Positions 28,565-38,575 are shown, counted from the first letter of the stretch. The stretch: DNA of 64,000 bases from an uncultured Verrucomicrobiae bacterium (GCA_963762565.1 CAVXLD010000001.1:544001-608000); one strand, 5' to 3'. Notes: generated by a model not told the origin, from the sequence alone. A program made the numbers and translations.

Positions 28565-28738
28565 GGATTCAACAGGTAGGAGGTGGACCTTGGCCCCTCA
28601 CCGGTGACAGCCGATTCAGGGCCTCTTAAGAGTTACTAAGGTTTCTCGGAGTGAAAGTTCTGTGGAAAATGGAATCACCTTTCCCACTCTCTCGCCTTCC
28701 CAATTCGGATAAACATTGTAAAATGCAATGTTCGATAA

Positions 28739-29518
28739 GTGGCGCAGGTGAAACCTAAGGACAGCTCCGTTACTGGTGACGCTCGTGAATTCCGAACGAC
28801 GCGTTGGAGCGAAGTTTTACTCTCTGCTGAGAGCCAGGCGCCCGGCTCAAAACAAGCGCTGGCAGATCTATGCCGGCTCTATTGGTATCCCCTATATGCG
28901 TACGTCCGCCGACGAGGTTATACGCCGGAGGATGCTCAAGATCTGACGCAGGGTTTCTTTCTTAGCTTGCTGGATCGAAGAGCCCTTCGCCAAGCCACCC
29001 CTCTCAGAGGAAAATTCCGTTCCTTCCTCTTGAGCTCGCTAAAAAACTATCTGTCCGATCAATTGGACCGGGAGCGCACCCTGAAGCGAGGACGAGAGAT
29101 CCGATTTGAGCATTTCGATTTCGAAAGCGGGGAAGGAAGGTATCAGTCCGAGCTGGCCGATCCTTTGACACCGGAAAAGATATTCGATGCACGCTGGGCA
29201 ATGACACTTCTGGCGGAGGTTCTTCGTTTACTCAGGACGGAATACGCAGCTCTCGGAAAAACTTCGATCATCGAAACGCTTGAACCTTACCTAGACCCGG
29301 CTAACAGCCGGAAATTACCAACCTACGAAGAAGCCGCTGCAAAACTCCAGCTGAGTGTCGGAGCGGTCAAATCCCTCATCCACCGGCTACGCAGACGGCA
29401 TCATACCATTTTGCGCGAAGAGGTCAGCCGGACAGTAACCAGCCCAGCTTCAGTGGACGAAGAGCTGCGCTCTCTATGCGATGCCTTTATCGCAGCCGAG
29501 GGCCATATCGCTTCGTGA
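28739..29518 (+). CDS. ECF sigma factor (kinase-associated PVC type)
   Basis: 'FRTTRWS', 'YWYPLYAYVRR', 'DAQDLTQGFF', 'GKFRSFL', region 4 'YEEAAAKL..S.GAVK..IHRLR'. Confidence 0.88.
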   Translation: MAQVKPKDSSVTGDAREFRTTRWSEVLLSAESQAPGSKQALADLCRLYWYPLYAYVRRRGYTPEDAQDLTQGFFLSLLDRRALRQATPLRGKFRSFLLSSLKNYLSDQLDRERTLKRGREIRFEHFDFESGEGRYQSELADPLTPEKIFDARWAMTLLAEVLRLLRTEYAALGKTSIIETLEPYLDPANSRKLPTYEEAAAKLQLSVGAVKSLIHRLRRRHHTILREEVSRTVTSPASVDEELRSLCDAFIAAEGHIAS

Positions 29519-32409
29519 AAGCGCAAGGCCAACGCATTTGTTCAGTCTGCGGAGGTTTGGTTCCCGCAGAGAGCGACCTCTGCCCAGTCTGTCTGTTACG
29601 AGACGCCATCGAGGATGGGATCCAGGGTGGCGATACAGAGTTTGACCCGATCGACCTGCTTGTTGATCGCCGCCTTGATCATTACGAAATCCTGCTTCGC
29701 GAAGATGGAAAACCTCTCGAACTGGGTCGTGGCGCCATGGGTGTTACCTACAAGGCAATCGATGTAAATCTTCGGTGCCCTGTCGCCCTTAAGGTGATTG
29801 GCGCCCGATTCATCGGGGACCAGGCCGCCTGCCAGCGGTTTGTTCAAGAGGCTCGAGCGGCAGCTAGCGTCCGCCACCCAAACGTTGCTTCTGTATTTCA
29901 TCTCGGAACGCTCCAGGAAAACTACTTCTACGCGATGGAATTTGTCGCGGGCGAGTCTCTGGAAATGTTGCTCCGGCGTTTCGAACATCTGAAAGTCGCG
30001 GACGCGCTTAGCATCTTAGCTTACGTGGCTGGCGGGTTGGATGGGATTTGGAAACAGAACTTGATCCATCGAGACATCAAGCCCGCCAATATCATGGTGA
30101 CCACGGAACGCGATCAGATCGTCAATGCGAAGATCATTGACCTTGGCTTAGCTAAAAGTGGAGTTGAAGCCGGCGCCGGTTCGGAGGTCTCTGCAGTGGG
30201 AACATTTGCCGGGACCGTCGAGTACGCCAGCCCGGAACAATTCGCTGGCTTGAGCGGGGACATTCGTTCTGACCTCTATTCGCTGGGAATTACCTTTTGG
30301 GAAATGCTGACCGGAGAACCCCCGTTCTCCGGTACCCCTAGTGAGCTGATGTACTGCCATCAGAGAAAATCCTTGCCGATCGACAAGCTCGTTGGCTTAC
30401 CCCACCCCATAGTCGCTTTACTTGAAGTTCTTTTGGCAAAAGACCCCGCAGAACGTGTCCAAAACCCGAGCCAACTCCTGCGAGTAATACCGAGCGTAGT
30501 AGAAGCCATTGGTTCTGGCAAAAAACTGCCAGCGCACACGCTACGGTCTTCATCCTTCGATCCGATTCACTCGCAAACTCAGCCGGTCGATAAAAATAAA
30601 AAGCCCAGACTAAAAGCAGCTCCAAAAGGTAGATGGCCGGTTCCACTAATCGCGGCTGCGCTATTGCTGACTGGGCTGCTGTGGCTTTTGGGATCTCGCA
30701 CCAATCTTTTGAATGCGCCAAGCAGCTCAATTAGCCGCTCGGATCGGAGCATAGCGGTGCTCCCATTCGATAGTCGTGATGCCAACCAGGAAGAGAGTTA
30801 TTTCGCCAACGGTATACAAGAAGAAATCTTGAACGATTTAGCCAGAGTTGCGCAGCTGAAGGTCATCAGCCCAAGATCGGTTATGCAATATCGGGCGGAA
30901 GCAAAACGAGATGTACGCCAGATCGCGCAAGCATTGGGAGTCAGCAACGTTCTTGAGGGAACCGTTCAGAGAAATGGTGATAAAATCGGAGTAACAGCCG
31001 AGCTGATCGATGCTACTAACGGCCGCACGATCTGGGCTGACTCTTACAACCGTGATCAAACCGATATTTTTGCTATTCAGAGTGAAATAGCTCGGGCGAT
31101 CGTTGGTAAATTAAATGCCAGCCTCTCACCGGAGGAGGAGCAGAGGATCGCTGCCAAACCAACCGATAGCATCAAGGCGTACGATCTCTATCTTAAAGCG
31201 AAGCTGATTGTCGATCAGGCTGTCATTAATTGGGATACAGGCGCTTTAGAAAAACCTTTGCGTGACGCGATTAACCTCCTGGAGAAGGCGGTCGACCTAG
31301 ATCCGAATTTTGCTTTGGCCTACTGCACTTCCGCTATCGCACACGACTTCATTTATCTCCTATACGAGCATACCCCAGAGCGACGCGCTTTGGCAGATGC
31401 CGCCCTGAACAAAGCTTTACGGCTGCGTCGCGACTTACCAGAAGTTCACTTGACCTACGCGAAACACCTTCATTGGGCTTACGGCAATTATGAAGCCGCA
31501 AGACTACAATTGGCGATTGCCAAGCAAGGTCTACCTAACGATTCCGGGGTCTCCGCTCTGGAAGCGGATATTGATCGGCACGAAGGTAAATTCGATAAAT
31601 CAATCCAGGAATTTAACGACGCACTCACCCGAGACCCGCTCAATGAGAATTTGATCTCGAATCTCGCCCTTTGCTATGGGTACGTGCGCCAATACCATGC
31701 TTCAGCGCAGCTGTTTCATCGACTGGCGGAGCTCGCTCCGGACCTGTCGATGGTCGATGTCCAAAAAGCGGTCGTTGTGGACTTCAACGAAAGAGGCGAT
31801 ACCAGTGCAGTCGAATCCGCGATCGCCCAGCTTCCCCGATCGCAGGCGGACGATAGAGAAACGCTTTCGTTGCAACTGGCCATCGCCATTACTCGCGAGG
31901 AGTGGCAGAAGGCCAACCAATTGATAGAACGGCTAGGAGGAGACGACGAAGGCGAATTCGGTTATGGGAGTGTGCCGGTTCCAGTCGGCTGCTACTCAAT
32001 TCTCGTCGCTGCGGTGCAAGGGCAACCGTTGAGCCCCTCGTTAACAAAGACACGTGAGGAATTGAATGATCGAGTGCAGCGAGAGCCTGCCAACGCCGCC
32101 CTGCTCAGTAGCTTGGCACTGGTTGATGCCTTGCTCGGAGATAAAGCAAAAGCTAATCCAGAGGCGGAACGCGCCCTGGAGCTGACACCGGTAGCAAAAG
32201 ACGCGATGCATGGCCCAGACATCCTAAAAAATGTCGCCGCTGTGCATGTTTGGACTGGCGAGCTGGAAAAAGCGTTCGCGGAGCTAAGTTCCCTAGCGAA
32301 AATACCAAAGGGGATTTCATACGGAGAATTGAAGTGCGATCAGTATTGGGGTCCCATCAGGAACGATCCGCGCTACAAAATGATCTTGGCCGACCTGACG
32401 CCGAATTGA
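29515..32409 (+). CDS. Ser/Thr protein kinase with Zn-ribbon, TM segment, TolB-like module and TPRs
   Basis: CxxC..CPxC; 'LGRGAMG', 'VALK', 'HRDIKPANI', 'DLGLA', 'YASPE'; 'SIAVLPF'; GTGA overlap with the sigma gene stop. Confidence 0.92.
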   Translation: MKAQGQRICSVCGGLVPAESDLCPVCLLRDAIEDGIQGGDTEFDPIDLLVDRRLDHYEILLREDGKPLELGRGAMGVTYKAIDVNLRCPVALKVIGARFIGDQAACQRFVQEARAAASVRHPNVASVFHLGTLQENYFYAMEFVAGESLEMLLRRFEHLKVADALSILAYVAGGLDGIWKQNLIHRDIKPANIMVTTERDQIVNAKIIDLGLAKSGVEAGAGSEVSAVGTFAGTVEYASPEQFAGLSGDIRSDLYSLGITFWEMLTGEPPFSGTPSELMYCHQRKSLPIDKLVGLPHPIVALLEVLLAKDPAERVQNPSQLLRVIPSVVEAIGSGKKLPAHTLRSSSFDPIHSQTQPVDKNKKPRLKAAPKGRWPVPLIAAALLLTGLLWLLGSRTNLLNAPSSSISRSDRSIAVLPFDSRDANQEESYFANGIQEEILNDLARVAQLKVISPRSVMQYRAEAKRDVRQIAQALGVSNVLEGTVQRNGDKIGVTAELIDATNGRTIWADSYNRDQTDIFAIQSEIARAIVGKLNASLSPEEEQRIAAKPTDSIKAYDLYLKAKLIVDQAVINWDTGALEKPLRDAINLLEKAVDLDPNFALAYCTSAIAHDFIYLLYEHTPERRALADAALNKALRLRRDLPEVHLTYAKHLHWAYGNYEAARLQLAIAKQGLPNDSGVSALEADIDRHEGKFDKSIQEFNDALTRDPLNENLISNLALCYGYVRQYHASAQLFHRLAELAPDLSMVDVQKAVVVDFNERGDTSAVESAIAQLPRSQADDRETLSLQLAIAITREEWQKANQLIERLGGDDEGEFGYGSVPVPVGCYSILVAAVQGQPLSPSLTKTREELNDRVQREPANAALLSSLALVDALLGDKAKANPEAERALELTPVAKDAMHGPDILKNVAAVHVWTGELEKAFAELSSLAKIPKGISYGELKCDQYWGPIRNDPRYKMILADLTPN

Positions 32410-32504
32410 GGAGTGAGAAGTGATTGGCCGAAAGTCCGATCGAACGGCTGTGTAAAAATTGGTCCAAGAAACCCGAGATGCTGAGACAAAGTTGCGGCGG
32501 CCGA

Positions 32505-35414
32505 TTACCAAAGCGATAGCAGGAATCCTTGGCCCCGTGACTCGCTGCCTTTTTGTCTGCAATATTCCGCGTGGGTTCCTTTTGCGCGTGTTTCCAGTGA
32601 AATCGAGTTCTGCTGATACGCGGTGCGGATAGCTTCGTGGAAAGAAGCCTCAATTTCGGCCTCGTCAGCGCCCTTAGCGGTGAGAAACACTGCCTTGAGC
32701 CGATGCAGTTCAGCACACCACCAGCGCTCCTCAGAAGTTTCAACGACTGCTTGTGCCTCTCTGATCGCCTCGAGAGCTTCGGACGTCCGGCCGGCGAAGT
32801 GGAAAGCTTCGGCCTTGAGCGCTAAGAAATAGGGCACGGCCCAAATCGATCCGATTGCGCGCCAGTCGGCCAATCCTTTCTCGATCCATGAGAGGCCCTC
32901 TGGCGGGTTACCAGAAGCGCTGCGGGCCCAGCCCCGAAAAATCTCTCCTCCGGCCAGCCAAAGCGCAAAACTCTGACGGGTTGACAGTTCGACCAAATCG
33001 GCAGCATGGGCTTCCACTTCAGCAGGCTTATGCTCAAGGTGACAGAGGATTGCTGCATACCATAGTACCACGGCTAATCCATGCGTATCATTCAGTTCTT
33101 TTGCCAGCAAGATGGCTTCCGCCATTTTCGCTTGGCAAAAAGAGAGCTCTCCTAGATGCCACTCGGCTACCGCCTCACAGGAAAGACAAATAACCTCAGG
33201 CGTGCTGATCTCTTCGATCGAAAACTGTACGCCTACCGAGCGCCAGATCTGAACCCCTTCGCTCGCATATCGTCGCGCAGCCTCGAAATCGCCCAAAAAA
33301 AAGAGCGTGACGCTCAACTGTCGATAAGCTCGAATCATTAACGCGGAGTTATTCTGCTCCTGTGCCAACGAATAAGCTCGTTTGGCAATCTGCAGTGTTG
33401 TGGTGAACTTTTCGGTGACGCAGGAATAGCGCCATTGACCTTCGAGTGCAAAAATCAGGGCTAAAGGCCGGTTAAGCGAATGACATAGAGCCTCCGCGCG
33501 CTCATAACAAATTCGCGCCTCCGGCGCTGCGAATCCTCGCGTGTGTATCAGATATCGCCCCGCCTCCATAAGGATAAAGAGCTGATCTTCCGCGGTGAGA
33601 CTTTGCCCGGCGGCACTCACTTCCGCCAGTGATCCCCAGCGCTCCTTTTCAAAGAAATGGGCCAATGCCGAGAGCAATGCTCCTCTCAGCCCAAGAACGT
33701 TGGAAGCGAAGGAGGCATTTCCCCGCTGAATCCGGGGAATATAGACTTCATGGAGCGCCTTTCGAAACAGACCGGCGTTGCATCCACAGATCACCGCTAA
33801 GAAAAGCGGCTCCATCTCCCTAAAACTATCCGGCAGCTCAGGCGCAAGGGTTTGATAATAATTGTAAAGCCGCTTATTGCATTCCTGCCAGGCATCGGGG
33901 TTTTGATCCCGGAGTTGCCCGCCGAAATATTCACGAACGAGAGGATGCGTGTCTAGATGTCCACGATAATGCGGATCTTCGCCGGCCAGAAGCCTTGCTC
34001 TCCTTAACTTGGCAAGAATCCTTCTCCACTCGGTTGGGCTCAAACTCGTTAACGACTCAGTAAGGCCGGAGATCGCAGGCGGCTTCAGCAGTGCGCTCAG
34101 CGCCTTCTCGTCGGCAGGTCGATCAAATAGACCTAACATCCGCAGAACTGACATTTCAGGACCCTCGCCAAGCCAGCTCTGATAAGATGCCATGACCTTT
34201 CGGGCGTGGACTCCCTGGCGTACGTCGTCGACCAGACGCGCTGATACTTCTTCCCGACACCGAAGATCTCCGTCATAAGCGTCGGTCAGATAGCTGCCCA
34301 ACAGCGTTAAGGCGAGACAGTGGCCGGCGAATTCGTCACTGGTCGTTTGCAGCTCCGCCTCATGCCCTTTAACCCCCAATGCTCGGAGCAGCTTCGCACC
34401 GGCATCGCTGGATAATTGCTCCAATTCTAATCTTAGAGCTGAGGCACCCTCATGGTCCGCAATATCAGCGATTGGCGTTCGGGTGGTGATCAGGCAAAGC
34501 CCTGTGTTGAAAGCGGCGAGCTCGCGCAGAAGCGCCTGCAACGAAGGATCGCGTAACCGTCCTTCCTGTGGGCCAGGCGGGTTTTGCAGCGGCTCCAGGC
34601 CGTCCAGAACCATTAAAGTTCGACGATGCGCTATCAGTTTGGCTAATCGTTCGCCCTTTTCCCAGCCCGTTCCGATCCGCGGATCTGGATCGCCAAACCA
34701 ACTTAGAGCGGTGTCTAGGAATTGATCTGCAGACGGAGCCTCCCCACTCGTGCCCTGTCTGTAAAAGGACCAGCCGAAGACAAGCTCCGCAGCGCGATAA
34801 TGTTCGGTAGCCAGGCTTCGGAGCCAGTGGTTGATGAGCGTCGATTTACCGACACCGCCCCAGGCGACAATTGTGACGATGTTAACCTGCTGATTCGCCA
34901 ATGCAGCGTCCAGGAAAGATATGTCCTCTGTTCGCCCAAAAACATCGCTTCCGGTAATTGGCAGTCTGGCTATGGAAATCTTTTCGGGTCCCAGCGTTTT
35001 TGCCGGCCTGCGAGACGATTCAGTCACCAGCAACCTTCTAACACGCTCAGCTAGTGTACCCAGATGCTTTTCCAAAGGCGGAGCGGTTGCGTCTAGCCAT
35101 TGAACGGTGTCCAGGAAATAACTCAGATTTTGGTCCGGCGAAACATTCTTGATTCGGAAAGGGATGACTGCCAGGCCGGAAGAGAAAGCTTTAGCCACTT
35201 CTCGCTGAACATGATCGGAATCATCGGAATGCTCCGAGAAGACCAGAACGAACACTCGACAGGCTTCAAGAGCCTGTATGATTCCTTTTGTCCAAGACGT
35301 TCCTGGTTCGATATCACGGGGAGCGATCCAACATTTGATACCCGCGGACTCGAGATGGGCACAAATCGCGTCCGCAGTCGCCCGATCTTTACTCGAATGA
35401 CTGATGAAGACCAT
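32505..35414 (-). CDS. TIR domain - P-loop (STAND-like) NTPase - TPR/helical repeat protein
   Basis: 'VFISHSSKD..CWIAPRDI..VQREV'; Walker A 'AWGGVGKST'; Walker B 'LMVLDGLE'; 'LITTR'; 'GHCLAL'; helical repeat tail. Confidence 0.88.
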   Translation of the reverse strand: MVFISHSSKDRATADAICAHLESAGIKCWIAPRDIEPGTSWTKGIIQALEACRVFVLVFSEHSDDSDHVQREVAKAFSSGLAVIPFRIKNVSPDQNLSYFLDTVQWLDATAPPLEKHLGTLAERVRRLLVTESSRRPAKTLGPEKISIARLPITGSDVFGRTEDISFLDAALANQQVNIVTIVAWGGVGKSTLINHWLRSLATEHYRAAELVFGWSFYRQGTSGEAPSADQFLDTALSWFGDPDPRIGTGWEKGERLAKLIAHRRTLMVLDGLEPLQNPPGPQEGRLRDPSLQALLRELAAFNTGLCLITTRTPIADIADHEGASALRLELEQLSSDAGAKLLRALGVKGHEAELQTTSDEFAGHCLALTLLGSYLTDAYDGDLRCREEVSARLVDDVRQGVHARKVMASYQSWLGEGPEMSVLRMLGLFDRPADEKALSALLKPPAISGLTESLTSLSPTEWRRILAKLRRARLLAGEDPHYRGHLDTHPLVREYFGGQLRDQNPDAWQECNKRLYNYYQTLAPELPDSFREMEPLFLAVICGCNAGLFRKALHEVYIPRIQRGNASFASNVLGLRGALLSALAHFFEKERWGSLAEVSAAGQSLTAEDQLFILMEAGRYLIHTRGFAAPEARICYERAEALCHSLNRPLALIFALEGQWRYSCVTEKFTTTLQIAKRAYSLAQEQNNSALMIRAYRQLSVTLFFLGDFEAARRYASEGVQIWRSVGVQFSIEEISTPEVICLSCEAVAEWHLGELSFCQAKMAEAILLAKELNDTHGLAVVLWYAAILCHLEHKPAEVEAHAADLVELSTRQSFALWLAGGEIFRGWARSASGNPPEGLSWIEKGLADWRAIGSIWAVPYFLALKAEAFHFAGRTSEALEAIREAQAVVETSEERWWCAELHRLKAVFLTAKGADEAEIEASFHEAIRTAYQQNSISLETRAKGTHAEYCRQKGSESRGQGFLLSLW

Positions 35415-35527
35415 CGGCGTATGGTTCCTCTGCGGTAACCTGAACTTTAGCCGATTTGATCGCCGATAGCTTGCAAAAAATCCCGTCGCCGAAGTGACGG
35501 GTAAGACACGCCACACCCCGCCCGTCG

Positions 35528-35753
35528 CCTGGAGGGGAGTTGCTTTGTAGCATGGCAGCTCTGCAGGTTGGAGGGGAGCCGCTTTGTAGTGTGGCAACTC
35601 TGCAGGTCGGCAGCAGGCGGCTCCCGCGAACGGCCCCACGCGTCACCATCGCCCAGCGCACCCTGGAGGGGAGCCGCTTCGTAACGTGGCAGCTCTGCAG
35701 GTCGGCAGCAGGCGGCTCCCGGGAACGTCTCCAGGCGTCGCCATCGCCCAACG
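35528..35753 (+). repeat. Left REP array of the RAYT (2.5 units of about 95 bp)
   Basis: GGAG-GGGAGCCGC-~34 nt-GCGGCTCCC units starting at about 35531 (partial), 35570 and 35665. Confidence 0.92.
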
Positions 35754-35807
35754 TTTTCTGGTTTTTAATCGTTTGACGCTGAATATAACACACAATATTT
35801 ATAGGTT

Positions 35808-36269
35808 GTGATATTGCCAGAACGCGAGCACCCGCCACACCTAACATCTTTAGATCTTAAGGCGGTCGTTCTGCTCCTGACCATCTGTACAAAAAATCGC
35901 GGCAAGATTTTGGCGCACGACTGGGTCCACGAATTGGTTCGCGAGGCTTGGACCCTCTGCGCTGATTATCCAGTCGGCCGATACGTGATAATGCCGGATC
36001 ATATCCATGCGTTTGTTGGCGAGAGCAATCTAGCAAGGTATCCGTTAGCCAACTGGGTCGCCGCTTGGAAATCCTTCGTAGCGCTGCGCTGGCCATCGCC
36101 CAAGGACAAGCCAATTTGGCAGCGGAGCTTTTGGGATCGCCAAATCCGCAGCAGTGACGCGTACGATCAGAAGTGGTTGTATGTGCGGAACAATCCCGTC
36201 CGACATGGGTACGTTACGAACCCGGATGATTGGCCGTTCCAAGGATCCATGAATAGTCTATCGTGGTAG
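35808..36269 (+). mobile_element. rayT: REP-associated tyrosine transposase (HUH Y1, TnpA-REP)
   Basis: 'TICT', HUH motif 'IMPDHIH', 'WQRSFWDRQIR', 'YVRNNPV', 'DWPF'; inverted REPs on both sides. Confidence 0.92.
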
Positions 36270-36286
36270 AGAAAAAGCCAAATCCG

Positions 36287-36410
36287 CGATGGGTTATGGC
36301 GTGCCAGGGGTTATTCCCGGGAGCCGCCTGCTGACAACCGATAGAACTAGAGACCTACAAAGCGGCTCCCCTCCGACCGATAGCCCCTCCAGGCCGCGGG
36401 CCGCGACGGG
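36287..36410 (-). repeat. Right, inverted REP of the RAYT
   Basis: Reverse complement reads ggaggggagccgctttgtaggtctctagttctatcggttgtcagcaggcggctcccgggaa. Confidence 0.92.
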
Positions 36411-36423
36411 CAGATTGTCCTCC

Positions 36424-37362
36424 TTATACCAACGGAAACTCGTCCAACCGCGCCTCCAGCCGTTTTCGCAGCGCTTCACGCGCGCTAGCGGTGGTTTCTT
36501 CCGCTGCCCCAATTGCGACGCAAAACGCAATCAGTCCTTCAAGGTCCCCAATATCGATAAACTCTGCATCGATCCGCCCGTCCGGCGTGCAGTTATGGTA
36601 GTTACCTAGAGCAATACAAAGCGCGGCCGATCGATATCCGTAGAGCTGAAATGCAGTTGCCTCGCAAGTTCCCCCAGGCATTAAACAACGTTGAAACCCG
36701 AATTTTTCTTTCTTTGCCACCTCAACAAGAAAGTCCGTGGTCTGCGGATCGAAAATCGACGTTCGATCTCCCACGCGGATGATCGGTCCCTCTCCCATCT
36801 TAGCCGGAGGGATTTCTTTGCTGGTCTCAAGTGAAATGATGGTTGTGTCAAATGGCAGCAGCTTCGATTTCGCCAGATGAATGGCGCCGATGAAACCGAC
36901 CTCTTCAGCCCGAGTGAAAACTCCTGCCACCGGTCCGGCAGATCCATTTGCAGACAACGTCCGCAGCATCGCTATAATCGTTGCACAGCCGATCAGATCG
37001 TCACAGGCGCGCGAATAAAGACGGTCGCCATCGAGCCTGAAACCCGGAAAATCCCACATTCCGAAATCGCCAAATTCACGCACTTGGCCCTTGTCCTGGA
37101 GGCTTTCCGGGACACCTCCCAGAAAGCGGCGGACCGGACGTAGCTGCCATCCGGGATGATCCATGTGCGCAACGAAGGCATATTTCGGCGCCTCGCCGAA
37201 GTACCAAGCAATGAGGTTGCCATAGGCGTCCGTTTGCAATTTTAGTCCGTTGATCCCGAGCAGTTGCCGCTCGATCTCATCCCCGACAGCGCCCTCATAC
37301 GTGGGGGCTGTTGGGCACTCGAGCAGGGGGTGAACGATTTGCAGGAGTTCATCGCGGTTCAT
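36424..37362 (-). CDS. M20/M28/M42-type metallohydrolase
   Basis: 'VAHMDHPG', 'RACDDL', 'RAEEVG', 'GGTCEA', 'NYHN'. Confidence 0.85.
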   Translation of the reverse strand: MNRDELLQIVHPLLECPTAPTYEGAVGDEIERQLLGINGLKLQTDAYGNLIAWYFGEAPKYAFVAHMDHPGWQLRPVRRFLGGVPESLQDKGQVREFGDFGMWDFPGFRLDGDRLYSRACDDLIGCATIIAMLRTLSANGSAGPVAGVFTRAEEVGFIGAIHLAKSKLLPFDTTIISLETSKEIPPAKMGEGPIIRVGDRTSIFDPQTTDFLVEVAKKEKFGFQRCLMPGGTCEATAFQLYGYRSAALCIALGNYHNCTPDGRIDAEFIDIGDLEGLIAFCVAIGAAEETTASAREALRKRLEARLDEFPLV

Positions 37363-37370
37363 GAGGGGTA

Positions 37371-37567
37371 AGGAGTTCAGCGAGTTAGGAGTTCAGGAGT
37401 TCAAGGAGTTACAGGAGTTCAGGAGGGCGGACAACCGCGAATTCAGACAAATATCAGGCAGAGCTGAACCGCAGATGGACGCGGATTTAATTCTTGTCCG
37501 TTCGCGTGAATTCGAGGTTAAGAATTTCCTCCTGAACTCCTTGAACTCCTCGAACTCCTGAACTCCT
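37371..37567. repeat. Inverted (AGGAGTTC)n element with an inner AACCGCGAATTC/GAATTCGAGGTT pair
   Basis: aggagttcag..aggagttcaggagttcaaggagttacaggagttcaggag ... ctcctgaactccttgaactcctcgaactcctgaactcct. Confidence 0.92.
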
Positions 37568-37588
37568 TTAGGATTTGGCCAATTTCGC

Positions 37589-38575
37589 ATGTTTAAGAAA
37601 ATCCGTTACTGGCTCGAATTTGTTGGTCTAGAAGCTGTGGCCCGCGTAGTTCCGATTTTTCCGCTGCCGGTTCTACGCTGGCTCGCACGGGGGGTCAGTT
37701 GGCCGGTTTTCTATCTCGATCGCAGGAGTCGATCGGTCGCGTTGGCAAACTTAGAGGCCGTCTTCGGCGATCGATATACACCGAAGGAACGGGAACGGAT
37801 TGCCCGAAAGTCGATGCAATTACTCGGACAAAGCTTCTTGGAACTCTTTTGGGCACCCAGAATCCGCCCGGAAAACTGTCAGCCCTACCTGCGCATGCAG
37901 AATGAAGAGTCTTATCAGGAAATCCTTCGACTGAAAGGGGATCGTCCCGTGATTGGTGTTACCTTTCACTTTGGCAACTTTGAATGGGGAAGTCTGCTGT
38001 TCGCTTTTCGTGGGATAGGCGGTTACGTACTAATGCAGCGTTTCAAAAACGACCGCTTGACCGGCCTTTTCCAACGGCTCAGAGAAAGCACGGGGCAGAA
38101 GGCGATTACTCAAGAAAAATCGATGGTGAAGTTCTTCAAATTATTGAAGCAAGGCACCAGTGTCGGGATGTTAGGCGACCTTACATTGAAAATGTCGGAA
38201 CCGGGCGTGCTCATCAAAACGTTCGGTCTTTGGATGCGCACAACGGTGATGCACGGAGCATTACAGCAGCGAACCGGGATGCCGATTTTATTATTTGTGA
38301 CGATACCGGTCCGGAACGGGTATGAGGTTCACATTCCCGGGCTAATCGAATACTCTCCAAGGGCGACGCCGGAGGAAATCGCCCAGACCTGTTGGGACCG
38401 ATTCGAACCACTGATAAGAGAACGCCCAGAGCTATGGCTCTGGTCTTATAAACATTGGCGATACCGGCCACCAGTCGAAGGCGACCGTTATCCGTTTTAC
38501 GCTAATCGAAACGAGTTCTTCGACGCGGAATTTAATAAGAGGCTCGGGACAGCGGCGCGTCAGCCCGGCGAGTAG
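37589..38575 (+). CDS. Lipid A late acyltransferase (LpxL/HtrB family)
   Basis: 'ALANL..VF', 'FHFGNFE', 'MLGD', 'PELWLWSYKHWR'. Confidence 0.85.
   Translation: MFKKIRYWLEFVGLEAVARVVPIFPLPVLRWLARGVSWPVFYLDRRSRSVALANLEAVFGDRYTPKERERIARKSMQLLGQSFLELFWAPRIRPENCQPYLRMQNEESYQEILRLKGDRPVIGVTFHFGNFEWGSLLFAFRGIGGYVLMQRFKNDRLTGLFQRLRESTGQKAITQEKSMVKFFKLLKQGTSVGMLGDLTLKMSEPGVLIKTFGLWMRTTVMHGALQQRTGMPILLFVTIPVRNGYEVHIPGLIEYSPRATPEEIAQTCWDRFEPLIRERPELWLWSYKHWRYRPPVEGDRYPFYANRNEFFDAEFNKRLGTAARQPGE

Noticed and set aside
35415..35639. N-terminal extensions in the ORF track (TIR gene; also 20966-21235, 24975-25151, 60388-60480)
   Set aside because: They are read-through of REP or repeat DNA. Recognisable domains begin at the downstream ATGs.
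35528..35753. Possible CRISPR array
   Set aside because: Only 2.5 units of about 95 bp, the inter-repeat sequence is also conserved, there are no cas genes, and it is explained as RAYT-flanking REPs.
35773..35801. Sigma70-like promoter TTGACG-17-TATTTA for rayT
   Set aside because: The -10 match is weak and cannot be supported without transcript data.
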